Below are positions 1 to 10,100 of a stretch of 64,000 nucleotides of DNA, in pieces. The stretch is from an uncultured Gemmatimonadota bacterium (GTDB lineage Bacteria > 4572-55): the NCBI GenBank assembly GCA_964404765.1, contig CAYOLL010000002.1:6604-70603 (forward strand). Direction: 5' to 3'. Position 1 is the first letter of the stretch. Each line of letters begins with the position of its first letter. The translations under genes were made by a program, and so were the position numbers. Under the pieces are notes generated by a model. The model had not been told where the DNA came from, did not search any database, and worked only from the letters and a program-made list of their open reading frames with translations.

Positions 1-1704
1 AGCCCGGTTAATGTCCCGCCTATTGCCGAAGGCGTCCAGTTCCGGCTGCCGATTCAAGTCGCCGATCCGGAAGGCCAGGCCTTCACCGTTCAGGCGCTGA
101 CCCTGCCCACCGGCATGACCTTCAACGCCCAAAGCCGCGAACTGGCCTGGACGCCGCAGAATTATCAGGTTGGCCAGCATCGTGTCAGCCTGTCTGCCGA
201 TGACGGGCAACCGGCGCGTATAGCATCTACGCTGGACTTTACGCTGACGGTGCAAAATACCAACAACCCGCCAACCATCCGTCCACTGAATAATATCTCG
301 GCAGATGAAGGCCAGATCGTGGCTTTTCAGGCGGTTGCCGCCGATTCGGATATGGTTCACGGGGAAACGCTGACCTTTTCCGACAATACCCCCATTTTTG
401 AGATAAACCCGGCCACCGGCCAAGTCAACTTTACCACAACGAATGCCCATAACGGTCAGCACAACATCACCATCACCGTGACCGACAAAGGCGGCTTATT
501 TGCCCAGACCAGCTTTGTTTTAACGGTTAGTAACGTCAATGACCCGCCAAAAATCAGCGGATTTCCAAGCGAAATTCGCTTTAACGAAGATACTGTCTAT
601 AATGCGTTGGACCTGGATGACTATGTGGCCGACCCCGACGATGCCGACGCTGCCTTAACCTGGCAGTCGCCGTCGATTACGCGCCTCACCGTGGCCATTG
701 ATCCGCAAACCCATAACGTAACCATGACCCCGGAGCTTAACTTTAACGGCACCCGCGCCGCCAAATTTATTGTGACTGACCGGGCAGGTGCGCGTGATAG
801 CATCACCGCCGCCATCCGGATTCTACCGGTTAACGATCCGCCAAATGCGTTTAACCTGTTGACACCAGCGAATTTAGCCGTAAAAAATAAGCAGACGGTC
901 ACGCTGGATTGGGAAAACAGCTCGGATCTGGAAAGTGGCGCAGTCACCTACGTGCTGCGCTACGGAGTTAACCCAAGCCTGGCCGGAGCCACAGAAGTCC
1001 CCAACATTTCCGCTTCGACATTTGATGTTAGCCCATTGATCGACCGGACTACCTATTATTGGCAAGTCGCGGCGCAAGACCCCGACGGCGCACAGACTTG
1101 GACATCAATCTGGCAATTCCGGATTGATCTGAGCGTGCCGGTGGATTTGCGCGCCTTTTCGGCTATTGAGCAGCCGGGAAAAGTTCGTTTGGAATGGGAA
1201 GTTAGCCGCAACGAAGGCTTGGTTGGTTTTAATGTCTACCGGCATGAATTACCGGAATTTGCTGCTGCACAACAACTTAACTCCCTGTTAATTATCGGTG
1301 GCCCGCTGTTCGAGTATGAGGACGAAACGGCTCTGGCCGATCAATCGTATCGCTATTGGCTGCAAGCTGTTGAAGCCGACGGGCAGACTACGCTGTTTGG
1401 CCCGGTCAGCGGACGCGCTTTGGCTACGCAAGCCATCCTGTTGGGCAATCGCCCCAACCCGTTCCGTGATCAAACGACAATCGAATTCTATTTGCCGCAG
1501 GCACAGCAGGCTTCCCTGATCGTCTACAATACCGCCGGGCAACTGATTCGTGAACTTGTTAATGGTAATATGCGTGCGGGCCGTCATCAAACGCTGTGGG
1601 ATGGGCGCGATATGAATGGCCAGACGATAAGTTCCGGCGTTTATCTGAGTATTTTGCAATTGGGTTCACGAAAGTATACACAACGACTGCTGTTAGTGCG
1701 TTAG
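1..1704 (+). CDS. 5'-partial cell-surface adhesin-like protein: cadherin/Ig-like repeats, FN3-like region and a T9SS C-terminal sorting domain
   Basis: The reading frame is open from base 1, so the ATG at 115 is internal. The motif 'VNDPP'/'TNNPP' recurs, which is typical of cadherin-like/Ig-like repeats. The C-terminus 'NRPNPFRDQTTIEFYLPQAQQASLIVYNTAGQLIREL...GVYLSILQLGSRKYTQRLLLVR' matches the type IX secretion C-terminal sorting domain. Confidence 0.7.
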   Translation, partial: SPVNVPPIAEGVQFRLPIQVADPEGQAFTVQALTLPTGMTFNAQSRELAWTPQNYQVGQHRVSLSADDGQPARIASTLDFTLTVQNTNNPPTIRPLNNISADEGQIVAFQAVAADSDMVHGETLTFSDNTPIFEINPATGQVNFTTTNAHNGQHNITITVTDKGGLFAQTSFVLTVSNVNDPPKISGFPSEIRFNEDTVYNALDLDDYVADPDDADAALTWQSPSITRLTVAIDPQTHNVTMTPELNFNGTRAAKFIVTDRAGARDSITAAIRILPVNDPPNAFNLLTPANLAVKNKQTVTLDWENSSDLESGAVTYVLRYGVNPSLAGATEVPNISASTFDVSPLIDRTTYYWQVAAQDPDGAQTWTSIWQFRIDLSVPVDLRAFSAIEQPGKVRLEWEVSRNEGLVGFNVYRHELPEFAAAQQLNSLLIIGGPLFEYEDETALADQSYRYWLQAVEADGQTTLFGPVSGRALATQAILLGNRPNPFRDQTTIEFYLPQAQQASLIVYNTAGQLIRELVNGNMRAGRHQTLWDGRDMNGQTISSGVYLSILQLGSRKYTQRLLLVR

Positions 1705-1804
1705 CCAATTTTTTCGCAACTCGTCGAGCCGATTACTGTTACGCTCTTGAAATTACCCTTAACGTTCTTAACGTTACTAAAAGCCAAAAGAAAGGAGTTG
1801 TCCG

Positions 1805-2443
1805 ATGTCTATTATGGAAGCCGAAATTTACGCCTCGCCGGTTACGACGTTGATTCCGCCTAAGCCCGTTGCGTCGGCCAAACCGCTGTCGCTGGAAGAG
1901 CGCACCGATGTGACCATAGATGAATTGGAAGCGAACGATCCAGGTTATCCCTTTGATTTAGTGGATGGAAAGGTGGTGAGAAAAATGGCGGGCTATGAAC
2001 AAAGCAGATTAGTGTCAAAACTCAACCTGTTAATTGGCAAATTCCTGGAACTAAATCCCATTGGCGAGTTGCTTACGCAACTCAATTATCGCCTTTTTCC
2101 TGACAATAAGTTGCAAAGTCGCGCCCCGGATATTTCCTTTGTCCGCAACGAGCGCTTGAGTCTGATAACGCCCGGCTATCCGACGATGGCCCCGGATTTG
2201 GCCATCGAAATTATCTCCCCCAATGATCGCGTCGATGCGGTATTTGACAAAGCCGGTTTGTATGTCGAACGCGGTGTTCAAGAGGTTTGGCTGGTGCTGC
2301 CTCAGGCCCGTCAAATCCTGGTTTACACGCCCGGCGCAATTTCCGGGGTCAAAACCACACTTCAATCCTCAGTACTAGCCGGCTTTGTGCTGAATTTGAA
2401 AGATATTTTCCCGGAACCGCCTCAGGCGCAGCCAGAATCATAA
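1805..2443 (+). CDS. Uma2-family (DUF820) PD-(D/E)xK-like endonuclease
   Basis: Core motif 'PDLAIEIISPNDRVDAVFDKAGLYVERGVQEVWLV' is typical of the Uma2/DUF820 putative restriction-endonuclease-like fold. The gene is about 210 aa and is preceded by the RBS AAAGGAG. Confidence 0.75.
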   Translation: MSIMEAEIYASPVTTLIPPKPVASAKPLSLEERTDVTIDELEANDPGYPFDLVDGKVVRKMAGYEQSRLVSKLNLLIGKFLELNPIGELLTQLNYRLFPDNKLQSRAPDISFVRNERLSLITPGYPTMAPDLAIEIISPNDRVDAVFDKAGLYVERGVQEVWLVLPQARQILVYTPGAISGVKTTLQSSVLAGFVLNLKDIFPEPPQAQPES

Positions 2444-2508
2444 ATTTTTAGCTAAAATTTTTAATGTTTGTGCGATTAAAAATCGCCATAAAGTGAAAAT
2501 GTTTGGGG

Positions 2509-2567
2509 ATGTCGCACGATTCGCCAGTGTCGTCAAATCAAAACCCTGACGCCGGCGAATCGTGCGA
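2509..2567. terminator. Hairpin between convergent genes, a candidate bidirectional terminator
   Basis: Perfect 15-bp inverted repeat gtcgcacgattcgcc...ggcgaatcgtgcgac with a ~29-nt loop. It lies between the 3' ends of the Uma2 gene (+) and the lipoprotein gene (-). Confidence 0.35.
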
Positions 2568-2605
2568 CAATTCGCGATTTATCGTAGCAGGTAAATCCAT
2601 AGAGT

Positions 2606-3442
2606 CTATTCAATGGTGATCTGGGCATCCTCAACCAAAAGATCATACTTATAACCAAAGCCAAAATCTTTATCACGGGCCAAAGAGCCTTTAACCAGAA
2701 CAGTGTCGCCAATTTTCGCCGTTACATTTGTGGTAACAGTCAAATCGTTTGAACCGCTTTGACCGCTGCCATCCTGAACGTGCAGCCAATTTTTACCCAT
2801 CACGCCGGGCGTAAACTTGACAACTTTGCCACGCAAAATAATAAGTTTTCCGGCTAACTGACTCTTATCTGCGTAAACTTCAGCAACAGTTTGACCTCCG
2901 TCGGCCTTCTTAATTTGAGTCAAATCCATATCGCTCGGTTTTTCGGCAACTGTTCGATTCTGGCTCGTGGCCGCATGTCCGGCCGGCATAGCGCTGTCAA
3001 TAGCCGCATGCCCGGCGGGCAAGGCGCCGCCATGACTGCTCATGAGTAAATCTTTTTCGGAATTGGCCATCGGCATTCCATCGGCAACTTTGCGAATTTC
3101 GCCTTCAAAGTAGACCACATCAAATGTGCGATTTAGCGTACTGCTCCGATAGTTGGTCATCGGCATCACTTTGGTCGGCATGTAAACTTTATCGCCGACT
3201 TTTGCCTCAAATTTAGGCGCCGCCGCCCAAACTTTTTCCGCTCCATTGTCAACCAGAACATAAGTGTACTCACCTGCATCCATCATTTCGGCAATTTTAC
3301 CCGTATTTTCTCCCGCTGCTGTTTTGGTACTTTCAGCGGCTATCTTAGTCCGGGTCGCTTCAGTCTGTTGCTGTGAGCAAGAGACCGAGCCAAGAGTTAT
3401 AACAGTAATAATCATTACAAAAATACGAAAAGTTTTCATCAA
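2606..3442 (-). CDS. Lipoprotein with two OB-fold (BOF/YgiW-like) halves separated by a Met/His-rich repeat segment; possibly periplasmic metal-binding
   Basis: Lipoprotein signal peptide 'MMKTFRIFVMIITVITLGSVSCSQ'. Repeats 'MPAGHAAIDSAMPAGHAATS'. The C-terminal half 'GKLIILRGKVVKF...NWLHVQDGSGQS...KIGDTVLVKGSL...EDAQITIE' fits the BOF OB-fold pattern, and the N-terminal half has the same architecture. Confidence 0.45.
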   Translation of the reverse strand: MMKTFRIFVMIITVITLGSVSCSQQQTEATRTKIAAESTKTAAGENTGKIAEMMDAGEYTYVLVDNGAEKVWAAAPKFEAKVGDKVYMPTKVMPMTNYRSSTLNRTFDVVYFEGEIRKVADGMPMANSEKDLLMSSHGGALPAGHAAIDSAMPAGHAATSQNRTVAEKPSDMDLTQIKKADGGQTVAEVYADKSQLAGKLIILRGKVVKFTPGVMGKNWLHVQDGSGQSGSNDLTVTTNVTAKIGDTVLVKGSLARDKDFGFGYKYDLLVEDAQITIE

Positions 3443-3494
3443 ACATCCTCCCTAAAAAAGTTCAAAAGTGTACTAGTCAACAACCTTTCACACA

Positions 3495-3572
3495 CTTGTC
3501 ATGCCGGAATGTTTTATCCGGCATCTTGTTTGCCTGAAAGAAGATTCCGGTTAAAAACATACCGGAATGACA
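3495..3572. repeat. Family-2 double-hairpin MITE-like element, copy 1 (TGTCAT...ATGACA ends)
   Basis: Hairpin atgccggaat-gttttat-ccggcat, then hairpin attccgg-ttaaaaacata-ccggaat, followed by gaca. It is homologous to copies at 34946-35022 and 47360-47432. It sits in the divergent promoter region between the lipoprotein and radical SAM genes. Confidence 0.6.
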
Positions 3573-3757
3573 CCGACAAAAAGTGTTCTAAAAGTCGTTG
3601 ACTAGTACAAAAAAAGTTCAAAAGCAACAAATTCAGTCAAAGTTCGCAAAACGGATTCAACAGTCTTAAAATCAAATATAACTGTTTTTAGCAAAAAGTC
3701 AAAAGCAAAGAAAAAGAAATCTCCCCGCAAAAAGCGGCGAGAAATATAATTAAAGGA

Positions 3758-4825
3758 ATGGGTATGCTGAAAATTCCGCTAAAATTGCTCTACCAGGTTG
3801 CGCAAACCTATCAGTATAAAATTACGACCAAGCGTCTGCTCAATCTGGCCAAAGTCGGATCATCAATGGCGGTTTCGCGATTAACACGCACGCCGTACGT
3901 GTGGGGCTATCCGTGCCTGCTGATGGTTGAACCGACCAATATCTGCAACCTCAAATGCCCCATGTGCCCGTCCGGTAATGGCGAAATGACCCGCACCCGC
4001 GGCAAAATGAACCTCGCCAATTATCGCAGTGTGCTGGACGAACTGGGCGATTATCTGGCGCTGATCCTCTTTTGGAATCAGGGCGAGCCTTTTATCAACA
4101 GCGCGTTTCCGGAAATGATTACCTACGCCAAAAGCAAGGGCATCCCGACCATGACCAGCACCAACGGGCACTACATCCGCACCGACGCCGAAGCGGACGC
4201 CGTGATTCAGTCCGGTTTGGATGAGATTATTGTCTCGCTGGACGGCGCCAATCAGGCTGCCTACGAGCAATATCGGATTGGCGGCAGCTTTCCAAAGGTG
4301 ATGAAAAGCCTTGAGTTGCTGATCGAACGCAAGAAGGCGTTGAATTCGCCCCGCCCGCTCATCACCTTGCAGTTTATTGTCTTTAAGCACAATCAGCAGC
4401 AAATTGATGAAGTGAAGGCGATTGGCAAACGGCTCAACGTGGATCGGATTTCGCTCAAGACGGCGCAGATCTATACTGAAGTCCAGGCCGAGACTTTTTT
4501 GCCGGATGACGAGCAATACCGCCGCTACCGCAAGACCGATCAGGGCCATGAAATGAAGCTAAAGCCGCAAAACTGGTGCAAGGTGATTTGGCACAGCGCT
4601 GTGCTAAATTGGGACGGTCTGGTTGCCCCCTGCTGCTTTGATAAAAACGGCGAGTATGCCTATGGTAACGCTTTTAAGGACGGCAAGAATTTTCGCGAGC
4701 TTTGGACCGGCAGCGAGATTACGGCATTTCGGCAACAAATCCTGACGAACCGCAGCGCCATGCCCATGTGCGGCAACTGCTTTGAAGGCATGACGCAATC
4801 GTACGCGCAGTATATTGAAGTTTAA
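3758..4825 (+). CDS. Radical SAM enzyme with a C-terminal SPASM-type auxiliary-cluster domain
   Basis: CxxxCxxC motif 'CNLKCPMC'. C-terminal Cys-rich segment 'CKVIWHSAVLNWDGLVAPCCFD...MPMCGNCFEG' is typical of SPASM/twitch domains. Confidence 0.8.
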   Translation: MGMLKIPLKLLYQVAQTYQYKITTKRLLNLAKVGSSMAVSRLTRTPYVWGYPCLLMVEPTNICNLKCPMCPSGNGEMTRTRGKMNLANYRSVLDELGDYLALILFWNQGEPFINSAFPEMITYAKSKGIPTMTSTNGHYIRTDAEADAVIQSGLDEIIVSLDGANQAAYEQYRIGGSFPKVMKSLELLIERKKALNSPRPLITLQFIVFKHNQQQIDEVKAIGKRLNVDRISLKTAQIYTEVQAETFLPDDEQYRRYRKTDQGHEMKLKPQNWCKVIWHSAVLNWDGLVAPCCFDKNGEYAYGNAFKDGKNFRELWTGSEITAFRQQILTNRSAMPMCGNCFEGMTQSYAQYIEV

Positions 4826-4854
4826 GCAGGCTAAGACACGCGATCCATAAAACC

Positions 4855-6525
4855 TCACAACATCTCCCGCTCCAACGCCAGATTGGCGGCATCCAGCACC
4901 ACTTCTTCCCGCAGCAGCTTAAGCATCCGCTGAATATCCGTCGCCACGACGCGATCCGTCTCCAAAAAGGTAACATACTCGCGAATTTTTGCATGCACTT
5001 TTTCGACGGCCCGGCCCAGTCGCAGCGGACGGGCTGTGGTCTTTTTGCGGACAATGCGGTCGCCGTAAAATTCTGGCGGATAGTGGTAGCCTTTCAGCCG
5101 GAAATCTAATGCCTGCGCGGCGCACAGCAATTCAATCGCCACAACGGTCTGGGCATTAATCAGGATTTGATAACCGTGCGACGCCGCGGTCAAGCCCATG
5201 CTGACATGATCTTCCTGATCTTCCGACGTGGGAATGGAATCGACGCTGGCGGGATGGGCCAGCACCTTGTTTTCGGCCACCAGCGAGGCTGCCGTATATT
5301 GGGCGATCATGTAGCCGCTGTTGATGCCGCTCTGTTCGACCAAACACGACGGCAGGTTAAAGTTGAGCGTGGCGTCGGTCAAGCGGAAGGTACGCCGCTC
5401 GGACAAGCCGCCGATTTCGGCCAGGGCAATGCCCAGAAAGTCCATGGCCAGCGCAATGGGTTCGCCATGAAAATTCCCGCCGGAAAAAGCCTTGTTCTCG
5501 CGGTCGGCGTCGATAAAAATCAGCGGATTGTCGTTGGCCGAATTTAGTTCGGTCGTGACGATGCGCCGCACAAAATTGAGCGTCTCACGCACGGCTCCCA
5601 GCACTTGCGGCGTGCAGCGGATGGAGTAGGCGTCCTGCACTTTACCGGGAAAAGCGTCCAGCAACTCGCTGCCTTCGGTCAGGGCGCGGATGTTGGCGGC
5701 AGACTGAATCTGACCCTCAAACGGGCGCACCTCGTGGATGCGCGGGTTGAAGGCATCGGTCGCGCCGAGCACGGCCTCGGTCGTCATGGCCGCGGCAATC
5801 TCGCAGGTTTGCAGCAAACAGTAGCCGTCGTAAACGCAAAAAGCGGCCAGAGAAGTCATCGCCTGTGTGCCGTTATTCAGCGCCAGACCTTCCTTTGCCC
5901 CCAGTACCACCCGTTCCAAACCGGCTTCGGCCATCGCTTTCTTGCCGGAAATCAAGGCCCCGTCTTTGGTAATAACCTGGCCGCTTTCACTGTCCAAATC
6001 TTTGGCCGGATCAGGATGCCGGCTCATGACCAAAGCCAGATGCGACAAGGGCGCCAGATCACCGCTGGCCCCGACGGAGCCTTTTTGTGGGATGGCCGGA
6101 TGTATGCCGCGGTTGAGCATTTCCGCCAGGACGCGCACGGTTTCCACCCGCACGCCGGAATAACCCTTCAGCAGCGTATTAATGCGCAGCAAAATCATAG
6201 CCCGCACAATCTCGACTGGAAAATTGTCGCCTACGCCGGCGGCATGGCTGACGATCAGGTTGCGGGAGAGCAGTTCGGCTTGCTGATTGGGGATGGTGAC
6301 GTTGGCCTTGGAGCCAAAGCCGGTGTTCAGGCCGTAGACGATCAGCCGGTCTTCGGCGATCACGCCGTCAACCCAGGCCCGGCATTTTTGAACAGCGGCC
6401 AGCGCATCGGCATCAAGCACGACGACGGCCCGATAACGCGCCACGGCAATAATTTGCTCAATGGTCAGCGATTGACCGTCCAATCGAACTTCGGCAAAAT
6501 GGCGCGGATGGTTATTGTGCGGCAA
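4855..6525 (-). CDS. MIO-dependent aromatic amino acid ammonia-lyase / aminomutase family enzyme (HAL/PAL/TAL family)
   Basis: Ala-Ser-Gly MIO-forming triad in context 'GSVGASGDLAPLSHLAL'. The protein is 556 aa. No hutU/hutI neighbours are present, so histidine specificity is not assumed. Confidence 0.8.
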   Translation of the reverse strand: MPHNNHPRHFAEVRLDGQSLTIEQIIAVARYRAVVVLDADALAAVQKCRAWVDGVIAEDRLIVYGLNTGFGSKANVTIPNQQAELLSRNLIVSHAAGVGDNFPVEIVRAMILLRINTLLKGYSGVRVETVRVLAEMLNRGIHPAIPQKGSVGASGDLAPLSHLALVMSRHPDPAKDLDSESGQVITKDGALISGKKAMAEAGLERVVLGAKEGLALNNGTQAMTSLAAFCVYDGYCLLQTCEIAAAMTTEAVLGATDAFNPRIHEVRPFEGQIQSAANIRALTEGSELLDAFPGKVQDAYSIRCTPQVLGAVRETLNFVRRIVTTELNSANDNPLIFIDADRENKAFSGGNFHGEPIALAMDFLGIALAEIGGLSERRTFRLTDATLNFNLPSCLVEQSGINSGYMIAQYTAASLVAENKVLAHPASVDSIPTSEDQEDHVSMGLTAASHGYQILINAQTVVAIELLCAAQALDFRLKGYHYPPEFYGDRIVRKKTTARPLRLGRAVEKVHAKIREYVTFLETDRVVATDIQRMLKLLREEVVLDAANLALEREML

Positions 6526-6593
6526 AGAAATCTCCAGTTCTTTCCAAAAAGCTCACCTTCGCCACGAAGGCACAAAGACACTAAGGAATACCG

Positions 6594-6743
6594 TTTAAAT
6601 AACTTTGGGTTTTGATATAAATGCTTGGCGCTACGACCCTAAGGGTTTCGCTTTTTAACCCTTAGGGTTTTGGCCTCTGCAGTGAAAACCCTAAGGGTTG
6701 AGGAGCAAACCCTTAGGGTGAGTTTACCCAAAGTTATTAAATT
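6594..6743. repeat. Family-1 MITE-like element, copy 1 (~150 bp, 16-bp terminal inverted repeats, four CCCTAAGGG/CCCTTAGGG palindromes)
   Basis: Terminal inverted repeat tttaaataactttgggt ... acccaaagttattaaa. Internally it alternates ccctaagggtt and cccttagggtt. It is nearly identical to 30892-31040. Confidence 0.7.
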
Positions 6744-7145
6744 GATGATCCTAAGTTTCACGAAGTTCGTCACCTAATTTATGCATCAAGCGTCTTAATG
6801 ATTCTTCGGCTTGAAACGGAGCTTGCGGCGGGTAAAGCCTTCAGGCATAATATTTGTTAAGATGTGTTAGTTAATTCCAGACAGTTTGCCATGTTACATT
6901 GCCGGCCTGAAAATGGCAAGCGAAAACTTCCATTTCAAGGTTGGGAACAAAAATGGCGCTTTCGGTCGCGAGTCATGTTCAGTTTCCGACAAGTTTTCCC
7001 TGTTTTTTTTGCTGGTTGGATTTACGGAATGCAGGCAGGACGGCATTTGCGTTGCCGATGGATAACGGCATGAATATTGCCAATAAGAAGGCTTTACAAA
7101 TCGTGCAGTTTAGCGAATCACCGCTTTTACAGGAAGGAAAACACA

Positions 7146-10100
7146 ATGAAATGCAACTGGAAGCTTGTCATTTGCCTGGCGCTGATGATTTGCCGATCCG
7201 TTTTGGCCGGCGAAACCGGCAAAATTGTCGGCACGGTGACGGATAAATATAGTAAGGAACCGCTCGCGGGCGTCAGCGTCCGAATTGAGGGAACAGATTT
7301 GGGGGCAAAAACCGATCCGAACGGACAGTATTGTATTATGGCCCCAGTCGGGCAATTTAGGACGCGTTTTAGCTCCGTTGGGTATGTGTCGACAGTTATT
7401 AGAGATGTACAACTCTTGCCTGATCAAACGCTCACCCTCAATATGGAGCTACAAGAAGATGTTCTCATTTGCGGCACAAATATATTTGACTTTAGCCAGA
7501 TGCTAAAATCTATCAGCCCGACAAACAGCGCTCAGACGATCTTCGCCTCCGACATTGACCGGCAGCCGATCCGTTCGTTGAGCGACCTGATCGGACGGCA
7601 ACCGGGCGTGACCCGCTACCTGCCGGAAGAAACCGCGTCCGGCCAGCGCGAGCTCATCTTTCGCGGCGGGCGCAGCGCCGAAGTCGATTGGCAGATGGAC
7701 GGTTTTTCCATCACCGATCCGGCCGGCGGCTTGAACTTGCTGTCCGTGCCGTTGGCGGCGATTCGGGCGGCCAACGTGAATCTGGGCGGCTTTGGCGTCG
7801 AAGACGGGCGTTACGCTTCCGGCATCGTCAATCTCATCGGCCACAGCGCCGACGCGGCTTACAATGCCGGTTATCACGCCAACATCGAAACAGCCACGGA
7901 TAACGTCGTCGGCTCAGGCTTTGACGATAACGCTTATCGCCTGACTCTGAGCGGGCCGCTGATTCCCTTTCCCAGCGGGGATGGTCAATCTCAATACCGA
8001 ACACGCCACAATGACAAGTATCGCTTCTTTTTCACCGCCGAGCGCACCTGGCAAGGCGACCGTTCCCCGCGCAGTGGCGTCCCGACCGACCTATTCAAGC
8101 AAGTCAGCGCCGATGAAGTCACCTTGCCCTATTCAACCGAAACCATTCCCGGCTATGGCCGACGCTTTGCCGACGCTTTGGAGCAATTGCAAGACGGTCG
8201 CCTGCCGCATAACGACCGCGATCATTGGGCCTGGTACGGCAAAGTCAACCTGGATTTTTCCCATCGTATTAAGTTGGAATTATCCACCCTCGGCTCGACC
8301 GACCAATGGCAGCGTTATCAACACAAATATGTTTTTAACGCCGAACACACGCCCTATTATGACGACAAGGCTTCGACCTGGAACGCCGCTCTCAACATCA
8401 AATTGAGTGACAAAGCGCATATCGCCTTACGTGGCCAACATTATCAAGCCGAACGCTTTCGGGGCGACGGTGTGCATCGGAAAGATTTGCTGGCTTATGG
8501 CCGCCCGCAAGACTTTTATTTGTTTGATCAAACCGATTTGTTTTATAGCTGGGACGACATTGATGGCGAAACAACGCCGGAAACACGCGAGGTTTACTGG
8601 AATCCGGAATATTGGGGTGAAGATGCGGCGGATTGGGCGCCGGTTTCGTTTATCAGCGACGGCGACGAGGGTTATGTTTATGATGATTATTTGCAATGGA
8701 AATCAACGTTTAACGCGCTGAGTCTGGACGGTGTTTTTCAGATTCACCCCGCTCATGAAATTCGGGCCGGTCTGGATTATCACCGCTATACGGTGCGCTC
8801 TTATCGCTCAATTTTTCCAGCTCATAACGCCGTTCACTTTTTGGATGACCCGGAATTAGCCGAAGAAGATACCGACGCCTATGGCTATCGCTACAATCCG
8901 CGCACGAATCGCCTGGAAGAAGCGGACGATCCGGCCGGTAACGGCTGGGACGGGCCGCGCGAACCCAAAACGACCGCCTTTTACTTTCAAGATAAAATGG
9001 AATACGAGCGCGTGACGCTGACAGCCGGTATCCGTGCGGATGCTTTTGACGCCAACACCTATTGGTTTAAAAACTTGTATTATCCATTGAGAGGTTCTGA
9101 TGACTGTGATTTTGACAGTGAATTTGGCTGTGATTTCGATTGGAGTTGGCAACGTCTGGATCAGGAGGATCTGAAAAAAGTTGCGATGAAAACAAGTATC
9201 AGCCCGCGCTTCAGCATTGACTTTCAAACCGGGGATAACACATATCTCTCTGTTACATATGGCCATTATTATCAATTACCGGCCTTTAACATCCGATACA
9301 ACGGGTTTAAATTTTTAGAGCATCAATTTCTTCGCGGCAGGTATTTTTATCCGTTAAACAATGCGGATTTAAAGCCGGCCAAAACGGAATTTGCGGAACT
9401 GGGGCTGCAGCATCGTTTGAACTTACGGTCAACTGTCGGTCTGCGTATTTTTTCAAAAAACAGTTCAGATGCTCTGGAATATAGCACGACCAATTACAGT
9501 TGGTATACCTTCTTGAAAAACGGCGTATCCGGTCAAACTCAGGGTGTTGATATAACCCTGAGCACAATCTCTAAAAGCGGCCTTTTGGCCACCGCGGTTT
9601 ATGGCTATAGCTACGGGCGTAGTGAAGCTTTGGTAAATGAACTGACGTATGTGATTGCCTGGCATGGCGGGACGTCGCCTAACTCTCTGTTTCCAGCGGA
9701 CTTTGAGCAACGTCACAAACTCTTGCTCAATCTTGATTGGCGCAATCGGAATCAGGATTGGCGCGGATCGTGGCGGGACTTCCGGCGGCAGGCGGGAGTC
9801 AATGCGCTGTTTACAGCCAACAGCGGCACACCCTATACACCCACATATATTTTTAACGAAACCACGTTGGCTAACACCGGCCCCGCCCACCGTGGCGCTC
9901 CGAATTCTCACAGCAAGCCATGGACCTGGCAGATTGACTTGAAAGTCGATTATCGCCTACCATTCCAAGCTTTTGAAGGCAAACTCTACCTAACGATTTT
10001 GAATCTGCTGGATCGCAAAAACGCGGTTGATGCCTACACCGGAACAGGCGATCCGGCTTCAACCGGTTTTTTGCAAACCGAGTACGGCCAATATTACGCC

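Noticed and set aside
621-1659. Minus-strand ORFs (621-947, 874-1077, 1288-1659) inside the adhesin gene
   Set aside because: They are fully embedded antisense to a long, well-supported CDS, have no recognisable domains, and are high-GC frame artefacts.
3456-3757. Candidate RiPP precursor peptides upstream of the radical SAM gene (for example MPECFIRHLVCLKEDSG, MTPTKSVLKVVD)
   Set aside because: The ORFs are 11-17 aa and lie inside a hairpin repeat element, with no RBS and no recognisable leader/core features. They are most likely non-coding.
3881-6615. Antisense ORFs 3881-4549(-), 5167-5547(+), 5605-6615(+) overlapping the radical SAM and HAL-family genes
   Set aside because: They are Arg/Gly/Ala-rich translations typical of the antisense frames of GC-rich genes. 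No motifs are present and the sense genes are strongly supported.
6594-6743. Four evenly spaced 9-bp palindromes (CCCTAAGGG) as a possible mini-CRISPR or binding-site array
   Set aside because: There are only four units and they lie inside a 150-bp element with terminal inverted repeats, which exists in a second near-identical copy. This is MITE-like, not CRISPR.
7077-7145. Upstream extension of the TonB-receptor ORF (ORF-track start 7077, MPIRRLYKSC...)
   Set aside because: ATG 7146 is preceded by the RBS aggaagg and is followed immediately by a canonical signal peptide. The 23 extra residues are basic and non-signal-like.
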